Assembly (NCBI GenBank): GCA_002633005.1
Contig: NMRA01000343.1
Coordinates: 335,544-375,379 of the forward strand
Source of the DNA: Phoronis australis
Lineage: Eukaryota > Animalia > Phoronida
Reading direction: 5' to 3'
Length of the DNA stretch: 39,836 nucleotides
The position numbers and the translations under genes are program-made. Below the pieces are notes generated by a model that saw only the letters and a list, made by a program, of their open reading frames with translations, had not been told where the DNA came from and made no database searches. How positions within the stretch are numbered: position 1 is the first letter of the stretch; each line of letters begins with the position of its first letter. Shown here piece after piece: positions 1-11,017 of this stretch.

Positions 1-1333
1 GAACAATTACTGCATTAGTGATCCGATACTCAGGGCTTATCACTACTGACCGCCAAAACACTGTAGCGAGATATCAAAAACTGTTTCATTGAGAAGGAAT
101 TCAATCTCACTGAGACGTCAAACAGTTCGAAAAAAGTTCAGTCACGATCATTTTTACTATGAGATACGAGAAAAATTTTCAAAAGCTGGCCCGGGTAGGC
201 ATGCAGTCTACGGCGTTCATTTTGTTGCTCATAAAATCGAACCCGCCGGCAACTATTGAAGTTGGGAGAAACGGGAAAACGCCGTAATGTTCAAGGCATA
301 TTAGCCCGGCGATGAGACGTGACTAGTTCATTAGTGGGTTTGACGGCGTAGGAAAACAAAAGATAGCCTATATTACGCAAGACTTGTCGAAATATCGACA
401 TTTATTAGGTCCTACGCGAAACCATACATTAGCTAAAGTTCCGTCGCGAGATTAAGTTCACTGAGCTACGTTTAAATACGCGCAAGCCGAGGTATCCGGT
501 ACCTAGTCCCGCCAAGGCGGGCCGGAATAGACTGAATCGGCCACGATTACTGACGGACCGATTTGACAGGTATTATTTTACAGCAAATGCAATTAATTTC
601 ATCAAATATTTTATCATTTACACCAGTAAAGCGACTGCCACCCGGTTAGCCCACTTTCATACAACGCGGGCTGCCGCCGGCCACGGCGTGCCGGCCCGGC
701 GGGGCCGGGCCAATAGAGGCTTGTTCGCTCCGCCGGCTGCGCTCACTCCCACTGCGGCTCACTCGGACATAGCCTTGATACAAAGCTGTATATAATATTT
801 TGACGACAGTTTTCATACAGCTAGCTGCATTTAGTGGCTGGCTAACTCGGACATGCAGTGCAGGAATGGCTTTCCGGAGACCAAAACGATACGTGCTAAC
901 TAGTTCTATTAGTTTTCCCAATTGATGCCCAGTTCCCCCACGAATGGGTAGCTTTTCCGATAAAACTCCCTACAAAAAGGTATGCGCCGGGGAGTCGCTG
1001 AGCCCCGGGTGAGCAAGTCATCTCAGTGGAGTCAGCCGTTCTCATCGTATTGTAGTTAAACAATTTCCTTCGAGGTGGCGCTTAAGTTACAGCCGCACCG
1101 CCATGCTTTTATTCTGATGACCAACTGCCTTACAGACGTGCTTACAATTTTGAGGACCAAGAGTAGCCGGGCCGATGACAGCACTACCAAGAATTGATTT
1201 TGTAAGACGTTTGCACACATGTTATGAGTTTGGGATTATTTAATAGAGTTTCTTACTTGATATTAAACGAACTGGTAAGCCTATTCAGTATTTGGCGTAA
1301 ATTTACCGCCGATAAATTTTACCGGCATCTCTA
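1..1333. mobile_element. Probable hAT-like element end, CpG-rich, other terminus outside the window
   Basis: Minus-strand terminus TAGAGATGCCGG followed by repeated GGTAAA subterminal motifs (1299-1333); interior is GC/palindrome-rich; no transposase seen. Confidence 0.35.
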
Positions 1334-1350
1334 GGCCAAGCAAAGAAAGG

Positions 1351-2362
1351 GGAGCGTAGCATTGCGTCCCGGGTTCTATGTGTCCCTGGTTCTATGTGTC
1401 CCGGTCTTTTGCGTTATAGTCCAGGCGCTAAGCCTGCTACGCGGACAAGTGTGCAAGTTTTAGCTACACGCCATTTTAAATTCACATGAGCTGAGCTGCT
1501 TTTTCGATACTGGGTCCCAGTATGGGATAAGGCAAAAAACGTAACTTCATTAACCCTGAGTAGAGTTGCATGCATTACTTAGGTCAGATTTTCGCCTAAT
1601 AGCATAAACTACATGCAGGCATGTATCTGGAACCACTTGACAGTATGGTTGCATGATTCTTATGTTCACCTGGGCACCCAATCGATTTTTGACACAAAGT
1701 CATTCAAGGTCAGTATTACGCGACAATTTCTCAAAAGACTGCTATATTTAGCCAAAAAAAAACATACATATCATTTTAAAGCACAGGCAGTATGTGCAGG
1801 TTTCATAAGAAATTAACATACTTGGTCCAAATGACCATTTTGAGTTGCCCTTTCAAACCTGATAAAGGGCATTAATTCGACCTCATTAACTCTAGTTTGC
1901 ATGCATAATTAGCTCATAGCTGTCAGTCACGTCATAATTAGCATAATTACTTGTGAGCATATCTCTCAAACCATTTGGAGGTATCAAAAGATCTGTGGCT
2001 CGATTCTTACCGGTATATTAACCTGCTGGCGCCCACTGAGTTCATTTTTGACACTGTCAAGGTCATTCTAGGTCAAAGTCTCGTGACAATTTCCCGAAAA
2101 CCGCTATTTTTACCCCAAAAAGTATATAACATTCAAAAAGGGCCAGTATGTGCAGATATAAGAAATATCCATACTTTGCCCAAATAATCATTTTGAGTTG
2201 CTCTCAAAACCAAATAGGGCAAAAAGTTTGACTACAACTACCCTGCGGGACACAGAACCTGGGGCACATGTATACCGTCTGACGCACAGCAAACTGGACA
2301 CATAGAACCCCAATATGCATAAAACGAGACACATTGCATCCGGGACACATCCGGATAACTCC
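1351..2362. mobile_element. Non-autonomous TIR element with subterminal GGTTCTATGTGTCCC repeats and an internal diverged dimer of about 335 bp
   Basis: GGAG...CTCC ends; repeats forward at 1365-1403 and inverted at 2247-2350; internal copies 1545-1871 and 1881-2221. Confidence 0.65.
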
Positions 2363-3392
2363 AATAATTACAGTCCCACCCAAAGGCAGACGAATTTCCC
2401 AATGACTCATAACTACATAAGAAACATAAAGGTTGACCATCTTCATCTGTCCTAAATCCAGATAAAATCTGCATGCACCTCCCTCGGACTGATTTTTGCA
2501 TAAAGCTGCGAAGCCTTATCTTTCATGGATCCCAGTAAATTGTCCTTGTGAGTGGTCAATTGGTGACAGAATTTCCAAAGCAATCAGGGCAACTGTGAAT
2601 TCAAGGAGACTAAATAAACATGACGGATTTCAGTTGTGCTTTGACTTGTACGCCTGCCGAAGGTAAAATTTCAAGTTTGAGCAAGCAACCCCTATGTCAA
2701 AGTCAAGAAATTTGTCTGCAATTTAAATGATAGAGGTTACTAACATTAGCCTTCTACTTTTGTGTAATTTGCTTCTTCTGATAGCTCATTTTATCTCTTG
2801 ACATAGAATTTGATTACAAGAACTGGCGCATCTTGTGTTTAATTTTGATGTGCTACTCCTGGTTGTAGTACTTGGGTTTTGGTGGAGATTTCAGATGTCT
2901 GACCACACGTTTAGTCACTTATCGGCAATTGCCAGGTTTGGCACTATACCTATGTTGGTAGCCAGCAACTCGTGGTTCTTCGGTTATAAACAACGTTATT
3001 TTACAAAACCAGAGTTTAAATACATTCAAACTGACACTAAATTATGTGGATGGCACTCAAATGACATTCGTGGATGCGCGAACAGATCTTCGGAATTCCT
3101 TGAGGAGCGTTCGTGAAAAATCCAGATGTGTACGAAGGTTGTCTGCCATAAACGTCATAAAATAGCCTCCTTTAATTTGTGATTTTGGTATTTTTTTGAT
3201 GCACACATGATTAAGTGACTGAAGGTATTCAACAATTTGTTCGATGCTGATTTCGTAGAGTTCCATGCATATTTTTTGAGTAGAAAATTGAATTCTGAGC
3301 AAACCAATTCTTATTATCCAACCTTTATGTTTTATTACGTAGTGAGTGACGTCAGTGGTGATCGAGGAACAGATAAACTCAAGTGCCTGTGG

Positions 3393-4463
3393 TGCCACCA
3401 TCTGGACTGTCCCCAGTAGAGACAGTGATGCCCCTATTAGTGCTTCATATGCCAAAGGCTTTTTTGCAAATTATGCCTCACACTCATTAAAACGTCATGT
3501 TGCTATAAGTACCTTTTGCATGTGCAAAAGGTACTTATAGCAACATGACGTTTTGGAATTTTCCGCGGAAACGCGGATTTCCGCTTTTTTCAAATGTGCT
3601 TTCCGCTTTTTTATAATATTTCCGTGTAAAAAAATCGGATTTGATATAAAATTCCCGCGGCAAATTCCTTTCTTACCGCGGCGTTGCAGACGACGTTCAC
3701 CTCGAAAAGCGGAAGTTGCTCTTTATGTTCGGAGGAACGTAAATTGTCAACATTGCCGGGGCATCTGGGATAGCGTGGTGTGATTTTCAATGGCGTCTCG
3801 TGTTATTGTTAAGCGCGGCGACAAATACTACCGCTCTGCAGCCAAAAATGTGTGGGTTGGGAGTAGACGGGCGAGCTAAAAGGATGCAGACGCATGCTAC
3901 TGATTTTTGTCTGGGAAAGGTTCACATTGACCAGTTCTAGGCTGGATATCGGGCAATGATTTGGGCCGCAAAAGTTTCAAAGTTTCCGCGTTTTTTGTCA
4001 TTGGTCATTCCATGCCCTGGCACATAGAGGGACACCTTTAGGAGACCGTCGATGTCTTTAGTCCATTCCAACTCGAACAAATACTCCCGTAATCAAACTT
4101 TAATCGAGCAGTCCTTTGCTCAGTTAAACAAATTGGCAATTGGCCATTTTTACTGTGCACACGCTCCTGACATGCACATTGTAAAAATAGAAGTGCGTTG
4201 TGTAAAAATGTCCAGTTGCCGATTTGGGCAACTGAACGACATACTGCTCGGAAAAATTTTGATTACGGGAGTATTTGCTCGAATTGGAAGGAATTAGACT
4301 TTGACGGCTTCCTAAGGTGTCCCTCTATGCGCAAAAGGTACTTATAGCAACATGACTTTGATGTTTAAATCAGTGTGAGGGGTAATTTGCCAAAAAGCTA
4401 CCGACTTAGGAAGCACCCATAGGGGTATGACTGTATTTACTGGGGTTAGTCAAGACGGTGGCA
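3393..4463. mobile_element. Foldback/palindromic element with long inverted arms, interrupted by an insertion
   Basis: 3393-3520 plus 4020-4150 is the reverse complement of about 4200-4463 (e.g. CATAGAGGGACACCTT / AAGGTGTCCCTCTATG). Confidence 0.8.
3555..4019. mobile_element. Truncated hAT-like element (one terminus CAGGGCATGGAAT on the minus strand)
   Basis: ...ATTCCATGCCCTG terminus at 4019, dispersed TTCCGCG subterminal repeats; left terminus absent. Confidence 0.6.
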
Positions 4464-5427
4464 TTGTCTACTTAATAATTTGCTTGTGAGCAATCATGAT
4501 CTCCTTTCCAGTGACATTGCTGGGCTGGGGACCTGGTTCGGTTTTGCAAGATAGCATGTGTTTTATTGTGAAAAAGCACCTTGTTCCAAATTTCGAAGGA
4601 GGCAGTGTGGCCTTGTGGGATAAGTCTATGCTTCTTTTACTCAAGATTGTGGGTTTGAGTCTCTCTGCCAGTGTATTTGGCTTGTCTCCCCTGTGTATTC
4701 ATAACATGTTTAATAGTCTGTGTATTGGATGTGTGCACAATACTTGTTAAAGTATTTAAGTCTAAAACCGCCTCAGTTTTTGTGGATATTCTGTGCTGCT
4801 GCATTAAAATTTTTGTTTGACTTTGAATTTCAAACAAGTGCAGCTTTCTAGCTAATAATAAATTGGTTCCTTTCCAAAACACACAATGACAAAGCACACC
4901 TACTTTACAAACAAACCTGGTTCTCAAAATGTGGTCACGTGATATCTGTCTATTACCAACAAAGCCAGCTTAGTCTAAAAGTGACGATGATCAACTTGTT
5001 CTTTACTCATAATAGATAGGATTTCTGGGTTTTGGTGGGCCTAATGTGCTCCTTGCAGAGGTTTAACGAATAGAAATCTTAATTGTATCTTTATAGGTGG
5101 ACAGCTGCTAATTAGGACTACATATTGGTATGGCAATTGAAAGAGTATTGCGGAAAGTCAGTGAACCTGTGCCACTCTCAGCTGATAGACTACAGTTTGG
5201 CAAGGCTAAACATATACCTGAGGGAGCTATCAGAGTGTCACAGAGCGATGTTTTAAGACTTCAACTAAAAGCTATTGAGACATATGAACCCAAAAGAGAT
5301 GTGTGAGTGTTGTCTCTTGCTTTACAATTGTTTATTAGTTGTGAATTAAGTTGTTATAGGAGGTCACGTGGTGATACCGTGTTGAGGCGTTGTTTGAATA
5401 TGAACCAGGCTGTCGCCAAACAAACAA

Positions 5428-5804
5428 TTTTTATGCTCCCACATATTTATATGTGGACGCATTATGCCGTCATCTCTGTCCGTCCGTCCGTCCGTCCGTC
5501 CGTCCGGGCGGCGTCCGTCCGGCGTCCGCTGCTTTATCTCCAAAACCCTTTGACATACGTTCATGAAATTTGGCAGATATGTTCCATTCATGAATGGGAC
5601 GGCATGTGCGAACTTTCGGACGGATCCGACTACCGGTGTGCCCCCTAGTGGCAATTTTAGTTTTTTACGCTTACCTTTGTATCTTCAAAAGTCCTGAACG
5701 GATTTTCATGAAATTTGGTATGTAGGCACCTAGTAGTGAGATGACGCTATCCTGCCGTTTTCGGATGGATTCGACATAGTTTGCGCCACCTAGTGGCCAT
5801 TTTT
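5428..5804 (+). mobile_element. Helentron/HINE (DINE-1-like) non-autonomous element running into the gap
   Basis: T-run, short inverted pair ATGCTCCCACATA/TATGTGGACGCAT, (GTCC)7, then ~145-bp tandem units with ATGAAATTTGG (5563, 5708). Confidence 0.75.
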
Positions 5805-6096
5805 NNNNNNNNNNNNNNNNNNNNNNNNNNNNNNNNNNNNNNNNNNNNNNNNNNNNNNNNNNNNNNNNNNNNNNNNNNNNNNNNNNNNNNNNNNNNNNNN
5901 NNNNNNNNNNNNNNNNNNNNNNNNNNNNNNNNNNNNNNNNNNNNNNNNNNNNNNNNNNNNNNNNNNNNNNNNNNNNNNNNNNNNNNNNNNNNNNNNNNNN
6001 NNNNNNNNNNNNNNNNNNNNNNNNNNNNNNNNNNNNNNNNNNNNNNNNNNNNNNNNNNNNNNNNNNNNNNNNNNNNNNNNNNNNNNNNNNNNNNNN
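5805..6096. other. Assembly gap (292 N)
   Basis: Run of n; probably a collapsed tandem array of the adjacent HINE. Confidence 1.
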
Positions 6097-6847
6097 CGGG
6101 CAATAGCTGGTTTCCTTCAGAGATCGTTGGTGGGACAGAAGAACATTTTGTTTGCGTTGTTGGCATTACAAACAGTTGGCTCGTTTTCCATAGCACACAT
6201 GGAAGGACAGTCATTCCTAAAACTGATGGGTAGTAGAATGAAATCGTCTGATGACTAAAACAGGTGTGAACAGAGGCCATTTGTTTGCCTAGCTGTAGAC
6301 TTGCAGTCTTGTGCTGTGACAGCAAACTGTCCTACTAATTTAGATAGAAATGATGCAACGAATTGATTAGTAACATGCAAAAATGTGTTGCAAGGTTGTT
6401 GGATTCCAAATTATGTTATACATCTAATATTGTGTGTATTGTTCTTCAGCAGATGGATTGTGATCTTGTGCATTTTAATGTATCCAGTGGTCAGATACTT
6501 GGTAAGGTTTGTTTATTAGCCATTTTGTGTTTTTTAAAGTTATATTGAAATCGTATGAAAAGATTGTTTCCTTTGCATGAAACAGCCTTAGAACAAAAAT
6601 TGATTTCACCAATTTTCAACATCAAAGACATGTACCGTACTTTTGAATTTATGCAACCACTTAGCTCAATAAAATGTGTCTCAACTTTATCGCTACAATG
6701 GATAGAAGTGCTTTCTGGGTTTAGAATGAACTGACAATACTGCTTATCTCGGCAATGTTGGCCTGAAGCACCTTATTTATACATTGTAAGCGTTATGGCT
6801 ACTAGTAGAGTTATGAACTGATCAACTACCTGAACACTTAGACTATA

Positions 6848-6966
6848 TGGAGCTTCTACCAACAAGATATGGAGTCAATATCAACACCAGGTAGAGCTAT
6901 TGTCACTAGATCCTGTGTTAATATCAACACCAGATGGAGCTTCTGCAATAAGATCCTGGTTAATAT
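6848..6966. repeat. Short tandem repeat, ~43-bp unit, about 3 copies
   Basis: GAGCT...AGATCCTG..TTAATATCAACACCAG recurs. Confidence 0.65.
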
Positions 6967-7122
6967 CAGTGCTGTAGTGGTAAAATAAGAGGTAAGTAGG
7001 CGCCCAAAGCCTACCTTACCACCTTGAGCCCTGAATGTAACTTTCGGTGCGTAGGCGATACATTCAAATGCCAAAAGGTGGTTGGCTACGCCTATGTGTG
7101 CGTACGCCCCACTACAGCACTG
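6967..7122. mobile_element. 156-bp hAT MITE
   Basis: Perfect 14-bp TIR CAGTGCTGTAGTGG; perfect 8-bp TSD GTTAATAT (6959-66, 7123-30). Confidence 0.92.
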
Positions 7123-9897
7123 GTTAATATCACATTGCAAATTCTTGTGGAAGAATTGTACTCTGGTAGTTACTTTATAATATTGTGAACTGACCAAGTA
7201 GCAGTAGGGGCTTTTGCCAAAATAGAGCAGTGCAGTTACAGCTTATTGCACCTTTTGTTTCTCTTTGTATGGCTGCAAAGATTTGATAGAAATTGAAACA
7301 AGTGAATTTTGAGACTTTTCCTCTGTAATGATGACTCTCACTTCAAAATTACTGATTACAATTTTTGCCTTGTGAGTGTTTGCACATCTTAGTTTAGAAA
7401 GAATTCATGAATATTATCCGAGCAACTAGTTGTTATGGGTGTATTTTCAGAAACCCAAGAGCTTTTGCTGAGGTGAGGTAAAAACATTTTTCAGTGATAG
7501 TTGTGTGGAACTTAAGATGGTATTTCTGACTTAAGTCGTTGGTCACTTTTCATGAAAAAGACCCCAGGTTGTGGATTAAGTTACTAGTGTGCAAGATATG
7601 TGCTATTTTATTAATTCTGTGTACAATTATTGTCCTTATGATAGAGACAGCACTCGGTTTGCTTTAATTCAAGAGGATTTGTGAACATTCACTTGTGTTG
7701 GAATATGAAAGCATGCGGAACATGACATGGATTTTTCATATTTATTGTTTGCTTATGCACTTGGCTAGACAAATTTTATACCTGACTACATACATTGTGT
7801 TGAGTTTGGTGCATTCTGGTAGATGTATACACAAATATGTCCCCATCTGTGTTCTCGCACATATCCTTTAGGCTATAAAAAACGTGTACATCATGCAAGT
7901 AACAAATACGAAGGCATACACACAGATAATTGGACCGATTCCTCCTAGGGAGTCTATAGGTATATTTTACAATACTCTGTCACTCGTTTGTGCCATACGT
8001 TGAAACTTGGTAGCTCAAGTAGTCGCAAAACCACTTTCATGAGAGATTAGCTACCTGACATAAAACTTTCAAGCTATGCGCTCCAGGTCCCCAAGTGTTA
8101 CTTTGGAACATCCGGTTTGCACTGAATAGCGGACTATTCTCTGGTTTTTGCGAGTCCGTGAAAACTCAGATGAAATCTAAAATGTCCGAATGTCCAGACA
8201 TCAACGAGAAAGACTTAATGACTTGGAAGGTTGTAGTTCGTGAAAAGAAATCCACAAGACAAGTGGATATATACGTGGAATACCACTGTCCTTTATTTCA
8301 TTGTCCAGTGTAAGTTTCACGAACCAGCAAGGCTAGTAAACAACTTATAAGTGTTGATTCAACAGTACAAAATTTCTGTAGTTCCAGATTTTCCTGACAA
8401 GCCTGTCGAAGCCATACAGGTGTGGTTTGAGTACGGTAAAATCGAGTCATTTTCGGAATTCCATATTAATTTCAAAGTAACAAATTAATTCTTGGACGAA
8501 TCTTGCAGGTCCAGATTTCTGTGATGTCCGAATTTGGCGGACCTCCAAAACCTGCCTTTTCACCGTTTTATTATATAGAATAAAATATTGTGAGCGAGGT
8601 ATACACCACCTAGCAACTGCCCGATCGCAGACAATGACAACAGCAAAACGCGTAATATCCGAGTATTCGAAAATACGTGCTACGTCTATGTCTTGCCATA
8701 CCGAGTCAGGAGACGTGCTTTGTCTTGTGGGAGAAAAATCAGCGAAGTGTCGAGCAGTTGACAGATCGTTTTTTTAAATTTGAAACTAAAAGAAAATGCT
8801 TTGATAGTAACAGAAATGCAAAAAATGTTTATGAACAGACCCTAAAAATACTTGGTTAGCACCTTAAATGCTGTTTCAGTGCCAGAGAACCACTTTCATT
8901 ATTGCAATTTAGTCTGTTTATCAAGCTCCAGGCCTCTTTAAGTTAAGGGATGTTGTGAGACCGGTTTTGTGAAAGTAAAAAAGGTTTAATTAATTCGATT
9001 TTGGTTTTTGACCACGTGACAGGACGAAGTGCACCTTTAAGTGAAGACCTCAAAGAGTTCACCCCGCCATTTCAATCGACAATTTACCGAAGTGCACTAT
9101 TGCACAAAATCAGTCATCACCCTTCTAGCGTGTTGGTCGGTGTCGGTTCACCTGCCAATATTGTCTAGCTACGCCCTCGCCCGCCGTATACACGCATCTT
9201 CGTGGTGTCGTGCCGCCTTTCGCTATTTTTTCTAAACTCGTGTCGTTTACAAGAAGGTGTGGCGCGATTTGTAGATATTGCTGCAGTCGGGCAGACCGAG
9301 GCTATTTCAGCCACGTGGCGTGTTCGGAAATTAGTCACAAAGGTCTGCATTAGTGCCACTTATCAAAAAAAAATCACGTAATATTTACGGTCACTGTGAA
9401 TTCAAAATATCGAAATTCTGAAAATTCAATACTATAGGAAGCAAAATTTCTCTTTTCTCTATTGACAGATTTCTCGCTCCTATTTCAGTCGTAAGACGCT
9501 TTTCTAATAATATTTGTACGTCTGTGTACATAAGTAGAGCAACGTGCTTCAATATTCATTCATATTCTTGAAACTTGCAAAGAGATACATGATACTTCTT
9601 AAACCGGCAGTAAGCAGGGTCTAGTTTGGCATTTTTGGTCGGGACATTTGGCCCGTAGGTGAACGCACATTCCAAAAAAAAATACAGAAGCCCACCCACG
9701 TACACTACACGCACTTGCATGCACAAAGATACCAGACACTTACTATATTTTTTGTTCAGATTTTTCATAGTCATGTTGGGAATACAGGTCATTGCATATT
9801 ATTAAAAGAATAGAGCTTGAAACTACCAGTCAAGATGCAGACTGATGTTTGTTTGTGTACCCAGGTGAAGCCGAATTTGGGGGTTGAACTGAGTTCT

Positions 9898-10107
9898 GGG
9901 GTCCCGTTTTATTGCAGGTGGTAAGTCCGGTCGTAGCTAAGACGGTCGTAGGAAGGTTAGTGCAAACGCGACGCTGAGTTTTATAAGAGAGCGGAAACGT
10001 TGCAACTGACGTAAAATCGGACTTCTTCGTATGCAGACTTAACGATTGTCTTTACGACTCACGTGTGCAAGTCAAAATAAAAATCGACAATTAATAAAAC
10101 AGGCACT
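9898..10107. mobile_element. Degenerate PIF/Harbinger-like MITE
   Basis: Imperfect TIR GTCCCGTTTTATT / AATAAAACAGGCAC. Confidence 0.5.
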
Positions 10108-10789
10108 AGAGTATAGCACGTGACAAGGCTAGGCCCGCTCCAAGAAAACTGAGCCAGACAAATCTTAAATTTAAGCCAATTTTAAGATAAAACTTTAATT
10201 TGTCTTAAGTTTGCTCCTAGAAAGTAATCTTAAGTTTAACTAAAGGTTTTTACTTAAGTTTTGTCTTAAGTTCGACTAACTTACCGAATGTGGAAGTTTC
10301 AGAATTTGTAAGTAGACAAATCGTGGACCTTTCATTGTAATCCTATGTAAAAATACTGCATGTTTTTTCTGTGAAAATACGGACAATAGACGCGATATAT
10401 ATTAACCTTGGACTGACTTCTGTCGTGACGAAGATGACATAGGCCGACTCTGACGAAGCGGTCACGCCGCTCATGTAGGCCATCACTAGAGCTTACTGTA
10501 CTGGTTAAAGCGGAGTGCGAACTAATGTCAAACAAGTCGAAGTTTTCAGGTACTTGTAGGTGCGTGGTGGCAACGTGCCGTTTTTCAGGCAACCGATTGC
10601 GTATTGAATTGCGTATTGAAGCTCATAAAAGGCTAAATATCACTTTCCCGGCTTTTGAACAATTCCTATATTACGTTTACACGAATATCTTAACAAAACT
10701 AAACGGCATCGAATGTATTTTTGTTCCATGTATACCAAACGTTTCTGTCGTGTCGCAAACGCGTTTCAAAATCTCTTACAGGTTGTAAA

Positions 10790-11017
10790 ATGGCTTGCGC
10801 ATTGGACATCGTGGCTTTCTTGGTTCTATCGGCGCTCTTGTGTTGTGTGGAAGCCGGCAACAGTACGTACAGACTGGCAGCTAGAAAAAACGAGTCAAGT
10901 TATGCTGACTACTCTAAAGACCTAAAGTCGCTTCTTAACAAAAGCTGTGATGAAGAGTTGTGGCGAAAATGTCACGAACCTGCGTCATGGAACGCCAAGG
11001 AGTGCCGCCATCTGCAT
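10790..11017 (+). CDS. SLC39A14: ZIP exon 1 (coding): signal peptide and Cys-containing ectodomain
   Basis: AAAATGG start; MACALDIVAFLVLSALLCCVEA is a hydrophobic signal; N-glycosylation sequons NST, NES, NKS; donor CAT|GTAAGT, phase 0. An acceptor (ttacag) at 10781 implies an upstream non-coding exon. Confidence 0.75.

Noticed and set aside
2380-3455. 132-aa ORF and neighbouring frames as a gene or retroelement relic
   Set aside because: No recognisable domain, many stops, and the ORF start lies in the foldback arm.
5097-5306. Exon-like stretch MAIERVLRKVSEPVP...YEPKRDV
   Set aside because: In-frame stop just after the acceptor, no partner exons, no recognised homology.
5747-6325. Long ORFs spanning the N run
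   Set aside because: Artefacts of the assembly gap.
8943-9602. TTAA-flanked Kolobok/piggyBac-like element
   Set aside because: Terminal inverted match too short to support.
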